Source: an uncultured Lachnospiraceae bacterium
Lineage (GTDB): Bacteria > Bacillota > Clostridia > Lachnospirales > Lachnospiraceae
Direction of reading: 5' to 3'
Assembly: GCA_949740725.1 (NCBI GenBank)
Contig: CATJIO010000174.1
Location: forward strand, 8,137 to 72,136
Length of the DNA stretch: 64,000 nt
Shown here: positions 29,962 to 39,542 of the stretch, in pieces
How the letters are laid out: every line of letters starts with the position of its first letter
Position numbering within the stretch: the stretch's first letter is position 1
Translations under genes and position numbers: made by a program
The notes under the pieces: model-generated
Seen by the model: the letters and a program-made list of their open reading frames with translations, nothing else
What the model was told of the DNA's origin: nothing
Databases searched by the model: none

Positions 29962-31337
29962 GTGGGGGCGTCTTTTCCCAGCTCAGGCCAAAGAGTATAG
30001 AACATCGTACCGTAGCAGGCTAGACCGCCGATGAAGTTGGAGATGGGTTCTGCCATAAAGATTCCGTTTGTGCCCAGATGGAACAGGTTGGGGAGGATGA
30101 GAATCAGCGGGATGACGATGATCACCTTCCGGAAGATGGAGAAAAATACAGCATTCCTGGATTTTCCCAGGGCGACAAAGGCGGACTGTCCTGCGAACTG
30201 CAGCGACATCATGAAGAAGCCAAAGTAGTAGATCTGCATGGCGGGGATGCCGGCAGCCACCAGATCCCCTTCGTGATTGAAGATCCGGATAAAGAAGCCG
30301 GGAAACCCGTGCACCAGGCTCCAGACGATGGTGGTGTAGGCGATGGAGACGACGGACATAAAGAGGATCGCCTGCTTTACCCGCTTGTATTCTCCGGCGC
30401 CGTAATTGTAGCCCATTACCGGCTGGGCGCTGTTGGTAAGGCCGCTGACGGGAAGGGAGATTACCTCCCGGACCGAGTTCACTACAGTCATAATGCCTAC
30501 GTACAAGTCGCCGCCGAAGTGGGCCAGACTGGCATTATACATGATTTGCACCAGGCTGTTGGTGATGGACATGGTGAAGCCGGAAAGCCCCAGGCCCATG
30601 ATCTCTAGCACGCGCCGCTTTTTCAGCCGGAAGGATCGCCGCTGTAGCTTCAGGATGGTTCTCTTCCCGGTTAAAAATCGGATAATCCACAGGGCGGAGA
30701 GACCCTGGGAGATAATGGTGGCCCACGCGGCTCCCTGGACGCCCAGCCCCAGGACAAAGATAAAGATAGGATCCAGAATAATGTTGCTGAGCGCCCCCAG
30801 GAGCACCGTGCACATGCCGATGGTCCCAAAGCCCTGGGAATTAATAAAGCTGTTCATCCCCAGGCCGATCATGACGAAGATGCTGCCTAACAGGTAGATG
30901 GTGACATAGGAATCCGCATAGGGGATGGTAGCGTCGGAAGCACCGAAGAGATACAGCATGGGACGCTTAAAGACCAACCCCAGGATCGTCAGGATCAGGC
31001 CGCATAGCACCATCATGATAAAGGAATTGCCCATGATGGCTTCCGCCTCCTCCTCATTTCCCCGTCCCCGCTGGATGGAGCACAGGGGAGCGCCACCCAT
31101 GCCGAAGAGGTTGGCGAAGGCGATGACCATAGAGATGATGGGGAGGCAGAGGCCAAGGCCAGTTAAAGCCATGGTGGCGTCATTGGGTATCCGCCCGATG
31201 TAAATTCGGTCTACGATATTATATAGTACATTGATCAGCTGAGCCAAAGTCATGGGCAGAGCCAGACCCAGGATATTTTTGATCACGCTTCCCTGGGAGA
31301 AGTCGTTTTTACTGCCAGCATTTATGGAAGAAGACAT
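29958..31337 (-). CDS. MATE family efflux transporter
   Basis: LYNIVDRIYIG, NIILDPIFI, GVQGAAWAT, GYNYGAG; about 12 TM segments. Confidence 0.9.
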   Translation of the reverse strand: MSSSINAGSKNDFSQGSVIKNILGLALPMTLAQLINVLYNIVDRIYIGRIPNDATMALTGLGLCLPIISMVIAFANLFGMGGAPLCSIQRGRGNEEEAEAIMGNSFIMMVLCGLILTILGLVFKRPMLYLFGASDATIPYADSYVTIYLLGSIFVMIGLGMNSFINSQGFGTIGMCTVLLGALSNIILDPIFIFVLGLGVQGAAWATIISQGLSALWIIRFLTGKRTILKLQRRSFRLKKRRVLEIMGLGLSGFTMSITNSLVQIMYNASLAHFGGDLYVGIMTVVNSVREVISLPVSGLTNSAQPVMGYNYGAGEYKRVKQAILFMSVVSIAYTTIVWSLVHGFPGFFIRIFNHEGDLVAAGIPAMQIYYFGFFMMSLQFAGQSAFVALGKSRNAVFFSIFRKVIIVIPLILILPNLFHLGTNGIFMAEPISNFIGGLACYGTMFYTLWPELGKDAPT

Positions 31338-31527
31338 GTGAAGCACCACCTTTATGTATAATTATGATATGTTCACGGTCAGTATCCCATCAGCATATCC
31401 GTTTTGCCAGAATAATTGACTGGATATAATCGTAGCACAATATTTTCATCTGGGCAAGATGAATCGAAGAAAGCGCGGCTGTCCGGGGAAAGCCGGGGGA
31501 ATTCCGATGCTGGACAGAAAGAAAGTA

Positions 31528-31556
31528 TTGACAGATTCCCTCTTTTGGAAGATAAT
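31528..31556 (+). promoter_or_regulatory. sigmaA promoter of ilvE
   Basis: TTGACA-17nt-GATAAT. Confidence 0.7.
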
Positions 31557-31624
31557 TAAAAATCAAAGACTAAGGTACAAAATCGTCCAGCAATGGGATA
31601 AACTATAGAAAGGGAGATGGAGAT

Positions 31625-32695
31625 ATGCAGACAATCAGAGTAGAGCGGACCACTTGTCCAAAGGAGAAACCAGGAGAGGATAACCCATTAGTATTCGGCA
31701 CAATTTTTACTGACCATATGTTTGAGATGGATTACGAAGAGGGAAAGGGATGGATTGACCCCAGAGTGGTTCCTTACCATAATCTGGAATTAGAACCTTC
31801 CTGTATGGTATTCCACTACGGTCAGGAGATGTTTGAGGGATTAAAGGCGTATAAGGCTGAGGATGGAAGGATCTTATTATTTCGGCCAGATATGAACGCA
31901 AAGCGCGCCAATCGCAGCAACCGGAGAATTTGTATCCCGGAGATCCCGGAGGAGCTTTTTATCGATGCCATTAAGGCAGTGGTGAAGGTGGATCAGGACT
32001 GGATTCCCACCAAGCCGGGAACTTCTCTGTATATCCGCCCCTTTATTATCGCAACGGATCCATTTTTAGGCGTCCGTCCCTCCCATACCTATAAGTTTAT
32101 GGTGATTCTGTCGCCGGTAGGCGCTTATTATGCCAGTGGACTTGATCCGGTGAAGATCTGGATTGAGGATGAGTATGTGCGGGCAGTGAAGGGCGGAATC
32201 GGCGAGGCGAAAACCGGAGGAAACTATGTAGCCTCCCTTGCCAGTCAGGTGAAAGCCCATGATGAGGGCTATGCCCAGGTATTATGGCTGGATGGCGTGG
32301 AGAGAAAATATATCGAAGAAGTTGGAGCCATGAATATCTTCTTTAAGATTAACGGAAAGGTGGTAACGCCCCAATTAAATGGAAGCATTCTTCCTGGCGT
32401 AACCAGAGATTCTGCCATTCAGCTCTGTAAGAAGTGGGGAATTCCAGTGGAGGAGAGAAGAATCTCTGTTGATGAGGTAGTGAAGGCGGCAGAGAGCGGA
32501 GAGATGGAGGAATGCTTCGGCACTGGAACCGCTGCGGTTGTTTCCCCGGTGGGCGAGCTTCGCTTTGAGCAGGAGAAGATGCTGATCAGCGGGAATCAGA
32601 TCGGGGAGCTGACCCAGAAGATCTATGATACCATCACTGGGATCCAGCTGGGAAGGATCGAAGGGCCTGAGGGCTGGAGTATAGAGGTGAAATAA
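31625..32695 (+). CDS. ilvE: Branched-chain amino acid aminotransferase
   Basis: FTDHM, HYGQEMFEGLKAY, LYIRP, KTGGNY, EEVGAMN, ILPGVTR, GTGTAA. Confidence 0.95.
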   Translation: MQTIRVERTTCPKEKPGEDNPLVFGTIFTDHMFEMDYEEGKGWIDPRVVPYHNLELEPSCMVFHYGQEMFEGLKAYKAEDGRILLFRPDMNAKRANRSNRRICIPEIPEELFIDAIKAVVKVDQDWIPTKPGTSLYIRPFIIATDPFLGVRPSHTYKFMVILSPVGAYYASGLDPVKIWIEDEYVRAVKGGIGEAKTGGNYVASLASQVKAHDEGYAQVLWLDGVERKYIEEVGAMNIFFKINGKVVTPQLNGSILPGVTRDSAIQLCKKWGIPVEERRISVDEVVKAAESGEMEECFGTGTAAVVSPVGELRFEQEKMLISGNQIGELTQKIYDTITGIQLGRIEGPEGWSIEVK

Positions 32696-32776
32696 TGCGC
32701 TCACAGCAAAAGGCTGTGGGAGGCATAGGCCGGCAGGAGTGAACCCATGCCGGCCTTTGTGATAATGGAGGGAAAT

Positions 32777-33238
32777 ATGATGAAGAGCAGAGTAGAGGAT
32801 GCGCGGGGATTATTCCTGTCTGGATATAATTGCTGTCAGTCAGTATTTGCCCCCTACGCAGAGCTTTTGGGGATGGATCGGGAGACGGCGCTCAGGCTCT
32901 CCTGTTCCCTGGGAGGGGGGATCGGACGGATGCGGGAAGTGTGTGGCGCGGCGTCAGCCATGTTTCTGGTTGCCGGGCTAGTGTGCGGCAATACAGAGGC
33001 CGGGAACCAGGAGGCGAAAACGAGAAATTACGAGACCGTGCGGCAGATGGCGGATGCTTTTAAGAAGGAGCATCAGACCATTATCTGCCGGGAGATCCTG
33101 GGGCTCAGGGCGGCGGAGAAAAGCGCGGCGCCCTCAGAGCGGACACCGGAGTATTATCAGAAGCGTCCCTGTGTCAGAATGGTAGAGACGGCGGCCAGGA
33201 TTATTGAGGAGACATTTCCGGATATTGTTGAGCAGTGA
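32777..33238 (+). CDS. C_GCAxxG_C_C family redox protein
   Basis: GYNCCQSV, GGGIGRMREVCGA, ICREIL, RPC. Confidence 0.85.
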   Translation: MMKSRVEDARGLFLSGYNCCQSVFAPYAELLGMDRETALRLSCSLGGGIGRMREVCGAASAMFLVAGLVCGNTEAGNQEAKTRNYETVRQMADAFKKEHQTIICREILGLRAAEKSAAPSERTPEYYQKRPCVRMVETAARIIEETFPDIVEQ

Positions 33239-33295
33239 TGGCAAATATCACTGCTTATCTCAGGCGTTTTGCGGGACTCTTAAGAGGAAGACGGC

Positions 33296-33323
33296 TTGAT
33301 AAAATCAGGATTTTTGATATAAT
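33296..33323 (+). promoter_or_regulatory. sigmaA promoter of thrS
   Basis: TTGATA-16nt-TATAAT with TG extension. Confidence 0.65.
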
Positions 33324-33395
33324 CATTTAGGAAATTAATTGTGGATCCAGTGACTGCCAGAGAGGGATTAGGCAGGGAAGGAGAGGGAAATTGTC

Positions 33396-35321
33396 ATGAA
33401 AATAACATTAAAAGACGGAACAGAAAAGGAATATGCCCAGCCTATGGCCTTGCTGGATATTGCAAAGGACATCAGCGAGGGGCTGGGGCGGATGGCCTGC
33501 CTGGGAGAGATCAATGGGGAGGCGGCGGACTTGCGCACAGTGGTCAGCGAGGATTGTCAGGTGAATATTCTCACCGCCAAGGAGGAGAAGGGGCTGGCAG
33601 CTCTTCGGCACTCGGCCAGCCATGTGATGGCTCAGGCCATTAAGCGGCTGTACCCGGAGACAAAGCTGGCAATCGGCCCTTCCATTGCCGACGGATTTTA
33701 TTACGATGTGGATCTGGCAGAGCCGATTACAGCAGAGGATCTGCCCAAGATCGAGGCGGAGATGAAAAAAATCATCAAGGAGGCGTTGCCTATACGCCGC
33801 TTTACCCTTCCAAGAGAAGAGGCAATAGCCCTGATGGAGGAGAAAGGCGAGCCCTACAAGGTGGAACTGATCCGCGACTTGCCAGAGGATGCCTTGATTA
33901 GCTTTTATGAGCAGGGAGAATTTACGGATCTCTGCGCTGGCCCTCATCTGATGAATACGAAAGATGTGGGGAAGGCCTATCAGCTGACCAGCATTGCGGG
34001 GGCTTATTGGCGGGGAGATGAGCACAATAAGATGTTGACCCGGATCTATGCCACAGCATTTGCGAAGAAAGAGGAGTTAGATCACTATCTGACTATGATG
34101 GAGGAGGCAAGGAAGAGAGATCATCGAAAGCTGGGCAGAGAACTTAAGCTATTTATGATGCATGAGGCAGGGCCCGGCTTCCCCTTCTTCCTGCCCAAGG
34201 GCATGATATTAAAGAATACCCTTCTGGACTACTGGCGGGAGATCCACAAGGAGGCAGGCTATGTGGAGATCTCCACACCAGTGATCTTAAACCGAAGTCT
34301 GTGGGAGACCTCCGGGCATTGGGATCACTATAAAAATAATATGTACACCACAGTAATTGATGAGGCGGATTATGCGGTGAAGCCCATGAACTGTCCTGGC
34401 GGTGTGCTGGTTTATGCCTCGGAATCCCGTTCTTACCGAGATCTTCCTTTGCGGATGGGAGAGTTGGGGCTGGTTCATCGCCATGAGAAATCCGGGCAGT
34501 TGCACGGGCTGATGCGAGTGCGCTGCTTTACCCAGGACGATGCCCACATCTTTATGACTCCGGAACAGATTAAGGATGAGATTAAAGGTGTGGCTAATCT
34601 GATTCACCAGGTATATTCCCTGTTCGGCTTTACCTATCATGTAGAATTATCGACCAGGCCGGAGGACAGCATGGGAAGTGATGAAGACTGGGACATGGCC
34701 ACAGACGGCCTTCGGGGCGCTCTGGAGGAGCTAGGGCTTCCCTATGTGGTGAATGAAGGGGATGGGGCGTTTTATGGCCCTAAGATCGACTTCCACTTGG
34801 AGGACTCCATCGGCAGGACCTGGCAGTGCGGCACCATCCAGCTGGACTTCCAGCTTCCCCAGCGGTTTGAGCTGGAGTATATTGGCGCGGATGGGGAGAA
34901 GCATCGCCCCATTATGATTCACCGGGTAGCTTTTGGATCCATAGAGCGGTTTATTGGGATTTTGATTGAGCATTTTGCAGGAGCCTTCCCCACCTGGCTA
35001 GCTCCGGTACAGGTGAAGGTGTTGCCTATCTCAGACAAGTTCGCTGCCTATGGAAGGCAGGTATTCCAGGAATTAGAGCAGGCGGGAATCCGGGCTGAGC
35101 TGGATACCCGGTCAGAGAAGATCGGCTATAAGATCAGGGAAGCCCAGACGGCGAAAATTCCTTATATGCTGGTGGTTGGCCAGAAAGAGGAGGAGGAAGG
35201 AAATGTGTCTGTCCGCAGCCGCGTAGGCGGAGATGAGGGGATCAGCAGCCTGAAGGACTTTATCGTTGCAATACAAAGAGAGATCCATGAGAAAGCTATC
35301 CGCAAGGGAGAGTCACAATGA
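33396..35321 (+). CDS. thrS: Threonine--tRNA ligase
   Basis: TGS domain, HSASH, DLCAGPH, RDHRKLG, KPMNCP, GAFYGPKID, IHR...ERF. Confidence 0.97.
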   Translation: MKITLKDGTEKEYAQPMALLDIAKDISEGLGRMACLGEINGEAADLRTVVSEDCQVNILTAKEEKGLAALRHSASHVMAQAIKRLYPETKLAIGPSIADGFYYDVDLAEPITAEDLPKIEAEMKKIIKEALPIRRFTLPREEAIALMEEKGEPYKVELIRDLPEDALISFYEQGEFTDLCAGPHLMNTKDVGKAYQLTSIAGAYWRGDEHNKMLTRIYATAFAKKEELDHYLTMMEEARKRDHRKLGRELKLFMMHEAGPGFPFFLPKGMILKNTLLDYWREIHKEAGYVEISTPVILNRSLWETSGHWDHYKNNMYTTVIDEADYAVKPMNCPGGVLVYASESRSYRDLPLRMGELGLVHRHEKSGQLHGLMRVRCFTQDDAHIFMTPEQIKDEIKGVANLIHQVYSLFGFTYHVELSTRPEDSMGSDEDWDMATDGLRGALEELGLPYVVNEGDGAFYGPKIDFHLEDSIGRTWQCGTIQLDFQLPQRFELEYIGADGEKHRPIMIHRVAFGSIERFIGILIEHFAGAFPTWLAPVQVKVLPISDKFAAYGRQVFQELEQAGIRAELDTRSEKIGYKIREAQTAKIPYMLVVGQKEEEEGNVSVRSRVGGDEGISSLKDFIVAIQREIHEKAIRKGESQ

Positions 35322-36460
35322 GATCTGGCTTTCAACGGCTGTTTTACCTGGATGTGATACGGGCTATATCGGCGATTCTGATTGTGGTGTATCACTTCTC
35401 CGGATCCATCTATTTACCTGGGAGGTGGAGCGGGGTAGATGTACTTCATTCCACCATCAACGGAAGCTGGGGAATGACTCCGGTGTACTGCTTCTTCATG
35501 GTGTCTGGAGCGGCTTTGATGCACCGGCATCCGGCAGAGGAAAGGCTGGATACCTGGAAATTTTACCAGAAGCGCTTTATGAGCATTTATCCCCTATTTT
35601 GGATTGCCTATGGGCTGGGATTTGTTTCTGTGTTCTGGCGTCTGGGCCATCTGTATGATCTGCCCTCTTGGTGCCTGATCTGGTCCTTGTTCGGCATGGA
35701 TGGCTGGGTGGTAAACTGGGTCCCCACTTTTTATATGGTGGGGGAGTGGTTCCTGGGAAGCATTATCCTCCTCTATCTGTTCTTTCCCCTGGCGCACCGT
35801 GCCTGGTGGAGGAACCGCCATCTTACTATGGCGGTCTGTGCTACAGCTGCCGCGGGGCTCTTCTGGTATCATCCTTTCCCCATGGATATCAAGCAGAATC
35901 CAGTAGTTGATCTTTTTTACTTCCTTCTGGGGGCCTGGATTGAAGAAGCGCGGCGCCGGCATTTCCAGGCGGTTCAAGAGAATGGGGAGCGGAGGAAAAA
36001 GAGCCGTCAAAATACAATCGCTCTGGTAGCCTGGTGGGCTAGCCTGGCGGTGATGGCGGCGTGGTTCCTTCTCCCGGTTACGGAAGGCCTTCCAACGATG
36101 GAGCTGACTTACTCGGCCCAGGCCTATGGGCTGGGAATGTTTTTGCGCCAAGGCTTTATCCTGGTGTGCACAGTGAGCTTTTACGTGTTTTCTATGGGAA
36201 TTTCCCAGTGGATGGAACGCCAGAATGGAGAGGGCCCGAGATTTGTGAGGACGCGAAGGCTTATTCTGGAAATCAGTGGGAAATCTTACGGTATTTTTCT
36301 TACTCATCATGTGGTTAGCCAACTGATTTGCCTCCATTTTGATCTGGTTAACTTATCAAAAAGAGAAATATTGGTACTGCTGGCGATGGTTTTTGCGGCC
36401 ACATGGGTGATGACACTGGCGATTTACCAGATTTGGCAGTGCATAAAAAAGCAGATTTGA
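35318..36460 (+). CDS. Acyltransferase-3 (OafA/OatA-like) membrane acyltransferase
   Basis: RLFYLDVIRAIS..VVYH, FFMVSG, FYQKRFMSIYP, WFL, SYGIFLTH; ATGA overlap with thrS stop. Confidence 0.85.
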   Translation: MRSGFQRLFYLDVIRAISAILIVVYHFSGSIYLPGRWSGVDVLHSTINGSWGMTPVYCFFMVSGAALMHRHPAEERLDTWKFYQKRFMSIYPLFWIAYGLGFVSVFWRLGHLYDLPSWCLIWSLFGMDGWVVNWVPTFYMVGEWFLGSIILLYLFFPLAHRAWWRNRHLTMAVCATAAAGLFWYHPFPMDIKQNPVVDLFYFLLGAWIEEARRRHFQAVQENGERRKKSRQNTIALVAWWASLAVMAAWFLLPVTEGLPTMELTYSAQAYGLGMFLRQGFILVCTVSFYVFSMGISQWMERQNGEGPRFVRTRRLILEISGKSYGIFLTHHVVSQLICLHFDLVNLSKREILVLLAMVFAATWVMTLAIYQIWQCIKKQI

Positions 36461-36469
36461 CCCATACTA
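36441..36469 (+). promoter_or_regulatory. Putative sigmaG (forespore) promoter
   Basis: GCATA-17nt-CATACTA matches the sigmaG consensus, upstream of the DUF1540 gene. Confidence 0.6.
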
Positions 36470-36514
36470 ACTTTGTCTTATTCAAAACCATGTTTGATTG
36501 AAGGAGGAACTCGT

Positions 36515-36829
36515 ATGACAAAGTTAGACTGCAATGTTACCAGCTGTATGCACAATTCAGACAACTGCTGCTGCAAAAGCGAGATCATTGTCGACGGAAG
36601 CAAGGCAAAGGAGTGCTGCGAAACCTGCTGTGGAAGTTTTGACGAGAATAAGGGCGGCGCATTTACTAATTTATTTAAAACTCCGGAGAAAAAGCTGGAG
36701 GTAGGCTGCGAGGCAATGAACTGTATCTATAATGAAAATCACCGCTGCAGCGCAGATCATATCGGCATCACTGGAGACGGGGCAAATGAGGCTTCTCAGA
36801 CAGAGTGCAGCAGCTTCCGGGCAAAATAG
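36515..36829 (+). CDS. DUF1540 domain Cys-rich protein (two repeats)
   Basis: C.V.SC.HN...C....I.V...T.C.SF repeated twice; AAGGAGG RBS. Confidence 0.85.
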   Translation: MTKLDCNVTSCMHNSDNCCCKSEIIVDGSKAKECCETCCGSFDENKGGAFTNLFKTPEKKLEVGCEAMNCIYNENHRCSADHIGITGDGANEASQTECSSFRAK

Positions 36830-36867
36830 GAAAAGGTAAAGGAAAGAGAGCAATACGGTTATAGAAG

Positions 36868-36896
36868 AGACGGCGATCCACCGCCGTCTTTTCTTT
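36868..36896 (+). terminator. Intrinsic terminator
   Basis: AGACGGCG-6nt-CGCCGTCT followed by TTTCTTT. Confidence 0.75.
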
Positions 36897-37009
36897 ATGC
36901 ATTGTTCACTCTGCTTTCTTGGGCTATTTCGGGGGCTGGTTACCTTGACAGAGCAACAATTCTCCTTCTAAACGGGTTCCCATCCGGCCCAACCTGTGGT
37001 ATCATGGTA

Positions 37010-37023
37010 GTTGACAAGACAAC
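37010..37023. promoter_or_regulatory. Putative GntR/FadR autoregulatory operator
   Basis: GTTGACAAGACAAC near-palindrome just downstream of TATCAT -10, upstream of the gntR-type gene. Confidence 0.4.
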
Positions 37024-37041
37024 ATTAAGGATGGTGACAAT

Positions 37042-37731
37042 ATGGATTTGCAGAAGCGCAGTATGATTACCAGTGAAGCGATTTATCGGGAACTCTGCCG
37101 GAAAATTGAAAACCTCGAATACATGCCGGGGAATGCCATCAGCGAGAATGAGCTTTGCACCCAGTATGAAACCTCCAGACACGTGGTTCGGGGAGCCATC
37201 GCCATGCTAAAGCAGAGACGGCTTCTGGAGGTCTATCCTCAAAGGGGAAGCTTTGTCAGCCTGATTGATATGGGCTATGTTTCGGATATTGTTTATATGA
37301 GGGAAGCCATTGAGCAGGAAGCCGTTCTGCGGATTCTGGAGGAGGACAAGGCAGTGGACAGAGTCTGTGAGAAGATGGCAGACTGTATCGAACGTCAGAT
37401 AGAGTATCAGGGAGAGACTATTCTGGAAGATGAATTTCATCGGCTGGATACAGAATTTCATGAGTATATTTTGGAGGCTGCGGGGAAAAAGGATATTATG
37501 AAGATGATGGACGAATCTTACATTCATTTCCGGCGGTGGAGGAATCTGGAGCTCCGATCGGTGATCACAGTGGATCAGCTTATTGATCAGCACAGGGAGA
37601 TCGTGAAGCACTTAAAAGAGCGCGACAGGCAGGCCCTTAGAAAAAGTATCCATGCCCACATTGATAAGATGGACTTTCTTCCTGAGAGTGGCGAACCGTC
37701 GAAGAATGAATATTTTTACAAGCGAGGCTAA
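37042..37731 (+). CDS. GntR (FadR/FCD) family transcriptional regulator
   Basis: PG..ISENEL...SR..VR.A...YPQRGSFV; FCD domain DTEFH, HREIV. Confidence 0.88.
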   Translation: MDLQKRSMITSEAIYRELCRKIENLEYMPGNAISENELCTQYETSRHVVRGAIAMLKQRRLLEVYPQRGSFVSLIDMGYVSDIVYMREAIEQEAVLRILEEDKAVDRVCEKMADCIERQIEYQGETILEDEFHRLDTEFHEYILEAAGKKDIMKMMDESYIHFRRWRNLELRSVITVDQLIDQHREIVKHLKERDRQALRKSIHAHIDKMDFLPESGEPSKNEYFYKRG

Positions 37732-37962
37732 TAAGCCAAAGAATGATGGATGAGAAATCAGCTGGAGATTTTTGGCATGCTCCGGCAGAGAGTGTGATGA
37801 CGAAAAAGGCTGTTTCTGAATGCCGAGGTATCGACAATGCAAAAACAGCCATGAAAAAGAGGGGGATGAAACAATCTATGTAAAAAGGCTTACTGCTTTG
37901 CCTGTGATGATAAGATACGATATTTTTGTGTCGAATCTGTGTTGATTTTCTAAAAAATTTGT

Positions 37963-38010
37963 AAAAGGGGAATGCTGCCAGGGATGATTATTTGGCGGCA
38001 TTCCTCTTTT
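37963..38010. terminator. Bidirectional terminator
   Basis: AAAAGGGGAATGCTGCCA...TGGCGGCATTCCTCTTTT inverted repeat between convergent genes. Confidence 0.75.
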
Positions 38011-38022
38011 CATGGCGGTGTT

Positions 38023-38166
38023 TCAGCCTTCTTCCACGATCTCTTCCAGCACCTGGATTAAATCATAGACGGTGTGGAGCGGTACATTCCGCGCCAGGAT
38101 CTGATCTCTTAAACCGTCGGACAGTTCATCCAGCTTCTGCCGGACAGCGGGAGAAATATAAGACAT
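38023..38166 (-). CDS. Small 47-aa protein missed by the ORF track
   Basis: MSYISPAVRQKLDELSDGLRDQILARNVPLHTVYDLIQVLEEIVEEG*, strong GGAGGTGA RBS, sigmaF-like promoter upstream, terminator downstream. Confidence 0.78.
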   Translation of the reverse strand: MSYISPAVRQKLDELSDGLRDQILARNVPLHTVYDLIQVLEEIVEEG

Positions 38167-38183
38167 ATTTATCACCTCCAACA

Positions 38184-38213
38184 TAGGGTTTCCAGAGATG
38201 ATGATCCGGATAC
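38184..38213 (-). promoter_or_regulatory. Putative sigmaF-type promoter
   Basis: GTATC-15nt-GGAAACCCTA versus consensus GYWTA-15-GGnrAnAnTw. Confidence 0.45.
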
Positions 38214-38247
38214 TGGAAAAATTTTAAAATGGAAGAGGGCTGATCTT

Positions 38248-38550
38248 CTAAAAAGGCCAGGGCCGGTTCCCGGGACGGCATCCAAAGAGGCCGCATGGCC
38301 TGTTCGGCTTTCCGGGGTGAGGAGGTCTGGGGGAAGGTCCGAAGGGAGGCCTGGGGGGTGGTCCTGGAGGCGGCCCAAAGGGAGGCCTAGGAGGAGGTCC
38401 TGGGGGAGGTCCAAAGGGAGGTCTAGGAGGCGGTCCTGGAGGAGGTCCGAAAGGAGGTCTTGGAGGAGGTCCAAAAGGCGGCCTGTTGGAATGAGAAGGG
38501 GAATTGCCGTGAGGATGTTGCCATTGCATCCACAAAATGTTTTTTGACAT
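38248..38550 (-). CDS. Proline-rich repeat protein, possibly spore surface
   Basis: RPPFG five times within PPPRPPFGPPPG repeats; sigmaK-like promoter upstream; RBS weak. Confidence 0.55.
   Translation of the reverse strand: MSKNILWMQWQHPHGNSPSHSNRPPFGPPPRPPFGPPPGPPPRPPFGPPPGPPPRPPFGPPPGPPPRPPFGPSPRPPHPGKPNRPCGLFGCRPGNRPWPF
38320..38484 (-). repeat. Degenerate 36-bp coding tandem repeat
   Basis: GGAGGAGGTCC(A/G)AA-type units recur; synonymous differences keep the PPPRPPFGPPPG frame. Confidence 0.75.
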
Positions 38551-38570
38551 AGGCAAAACTCTTTTTGTTT

Positions 38571-38599
38571 TATCCTATGCAGAAAAAGAGAAAGTGGTT
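38571..38599 (-). promoter_or_regulatory. Putative sigmaK (mother-cell) promoter
   Basis: AACC-16nt-CATAGGATA matches mACm-N16-CATAnnnTA. Confidence 0.5.
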
Positions 38600-38800
38600 C
38601 GGAAGTGGATATTTCCGGGGATACCTCCTAAAAAGGGAGGAGGCCGGCAAGATATCCCCTGCCGGCCGAATATTATGAAAAAAAGTTTGTAAGCATTTGC
38701 TTTTACAGTTATTAATATATCCGAAATATATGGAGAATATTTAAGTGAATTGTAAAAAAATTGTGAACAATAAAAAAATGAGAAAAAAAGATCAAAAAAA

Positions 38801-38830
38801 TGAACCCTTTGTTGTGAGGCAGGCTCTTAT
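38801..38830 (+). promoter_or_regulatory. Possible ECF autoregulatory promoter
   Basis: TGAACC...GCTCTTAT upstream of the ECF sigma gene. Confidence 0.35.
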
Positions 38831-38870
38831 ATAACAGATGCATCGAAAAAAAACGGAAAGGAAGCAGGCA

Positions 38871-39542
38871 ATGAAGGAAGAGACAATAGCTTTCGTGGAA
38901 AAAATGATCGAAGGTGATGAAAGGGCATTTGATGAGATATACCATTCCTATTCCGGAAAGCTGTACCGTATGGCGTATTTTATAACTGGAAATAAAAATG
39001 ACAGTGAGGATGTACTGCAGGAGACGTTTACCACGTGCTTTCTGCATCGAAGATCCTTAAAGGATCCAGAACGATTTGACTCCTGGATATACCGGATACT
39101 GGTTCGGACTTCCTGGAAGATGGGAAAGAAGAGGAAACGGCAGGGCGAATTATCTTATGAAGGAATTCTGGAACAAGGAAGAGAGGACGGTTTTCAACTG
39201 GCAAGACGGTTGGAGGAAGATCCTGGGAGAGGGCCTCTGGAGCAGATTATCCAACAGGAAGCTTCTAAGGAAGTGCGGCAGGTGATTGGCCAGCTGGATA
39301 TCAAGTATCGGACCGTTGTCCTTTTATACTACTTTAATGAACTGGGAGTCAAAGATATCGCGGAAATAACTGGGCTGTTTGAGGGCACAGTGAAGTCCAG
39401 GTTAAGCAGGGCAAGATTCCTGTTAAGACAAGGGCTAGAGAAAAGGCCGGGGGAGGCGCGGCAGGGAATGCAGCCTGGAAAAGAGAAGCCAAGGCGAGAA
39501 ATTTGTGTGAAGATGAACCGGCACGAGGAGGTATCAGGATGA
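38871..39542 (+). CDS. ECF RNA polymerase sigma factor
   Basis: GDERAFDEIY, SEDVLQETF, FDSWIYRI, LYYFNEL..KDIA...GTVKSRLSRAR. Confidence 0.9.
   Translation: MKEETIAFVEKMIEGDERAFDEIYHSYSGKLYRMAYFITGNKNDSEDVLQETFTTCFLHRRSLKDPERFDSWIYRILVRTSWKMGKKRKRQGELSYEGILEQGREDGFQLARRLEEDPGRGPLEQIIQQEASKEVRQVIGQLDIKYRTVVLLYYFNELGVKDIAEITGLFEGTVKSRLSRARFLLRQGLEKRPGEARQGMQPGKEKPRREICVKMNRHEEVSG

Noticed and set aside
32777-33238. Selenocysteine read-through at the TGA of the C_GCAxxG_C_C gene
   Set aside because: The domain is complete before the TGA and all motif positions are already Cys
38320-38484. CRISPR-like array
   Set aside because: Repeats are contiguous and degenerate at synonymous positions, with no unique spacers and no cas genes; it is a coding repeat
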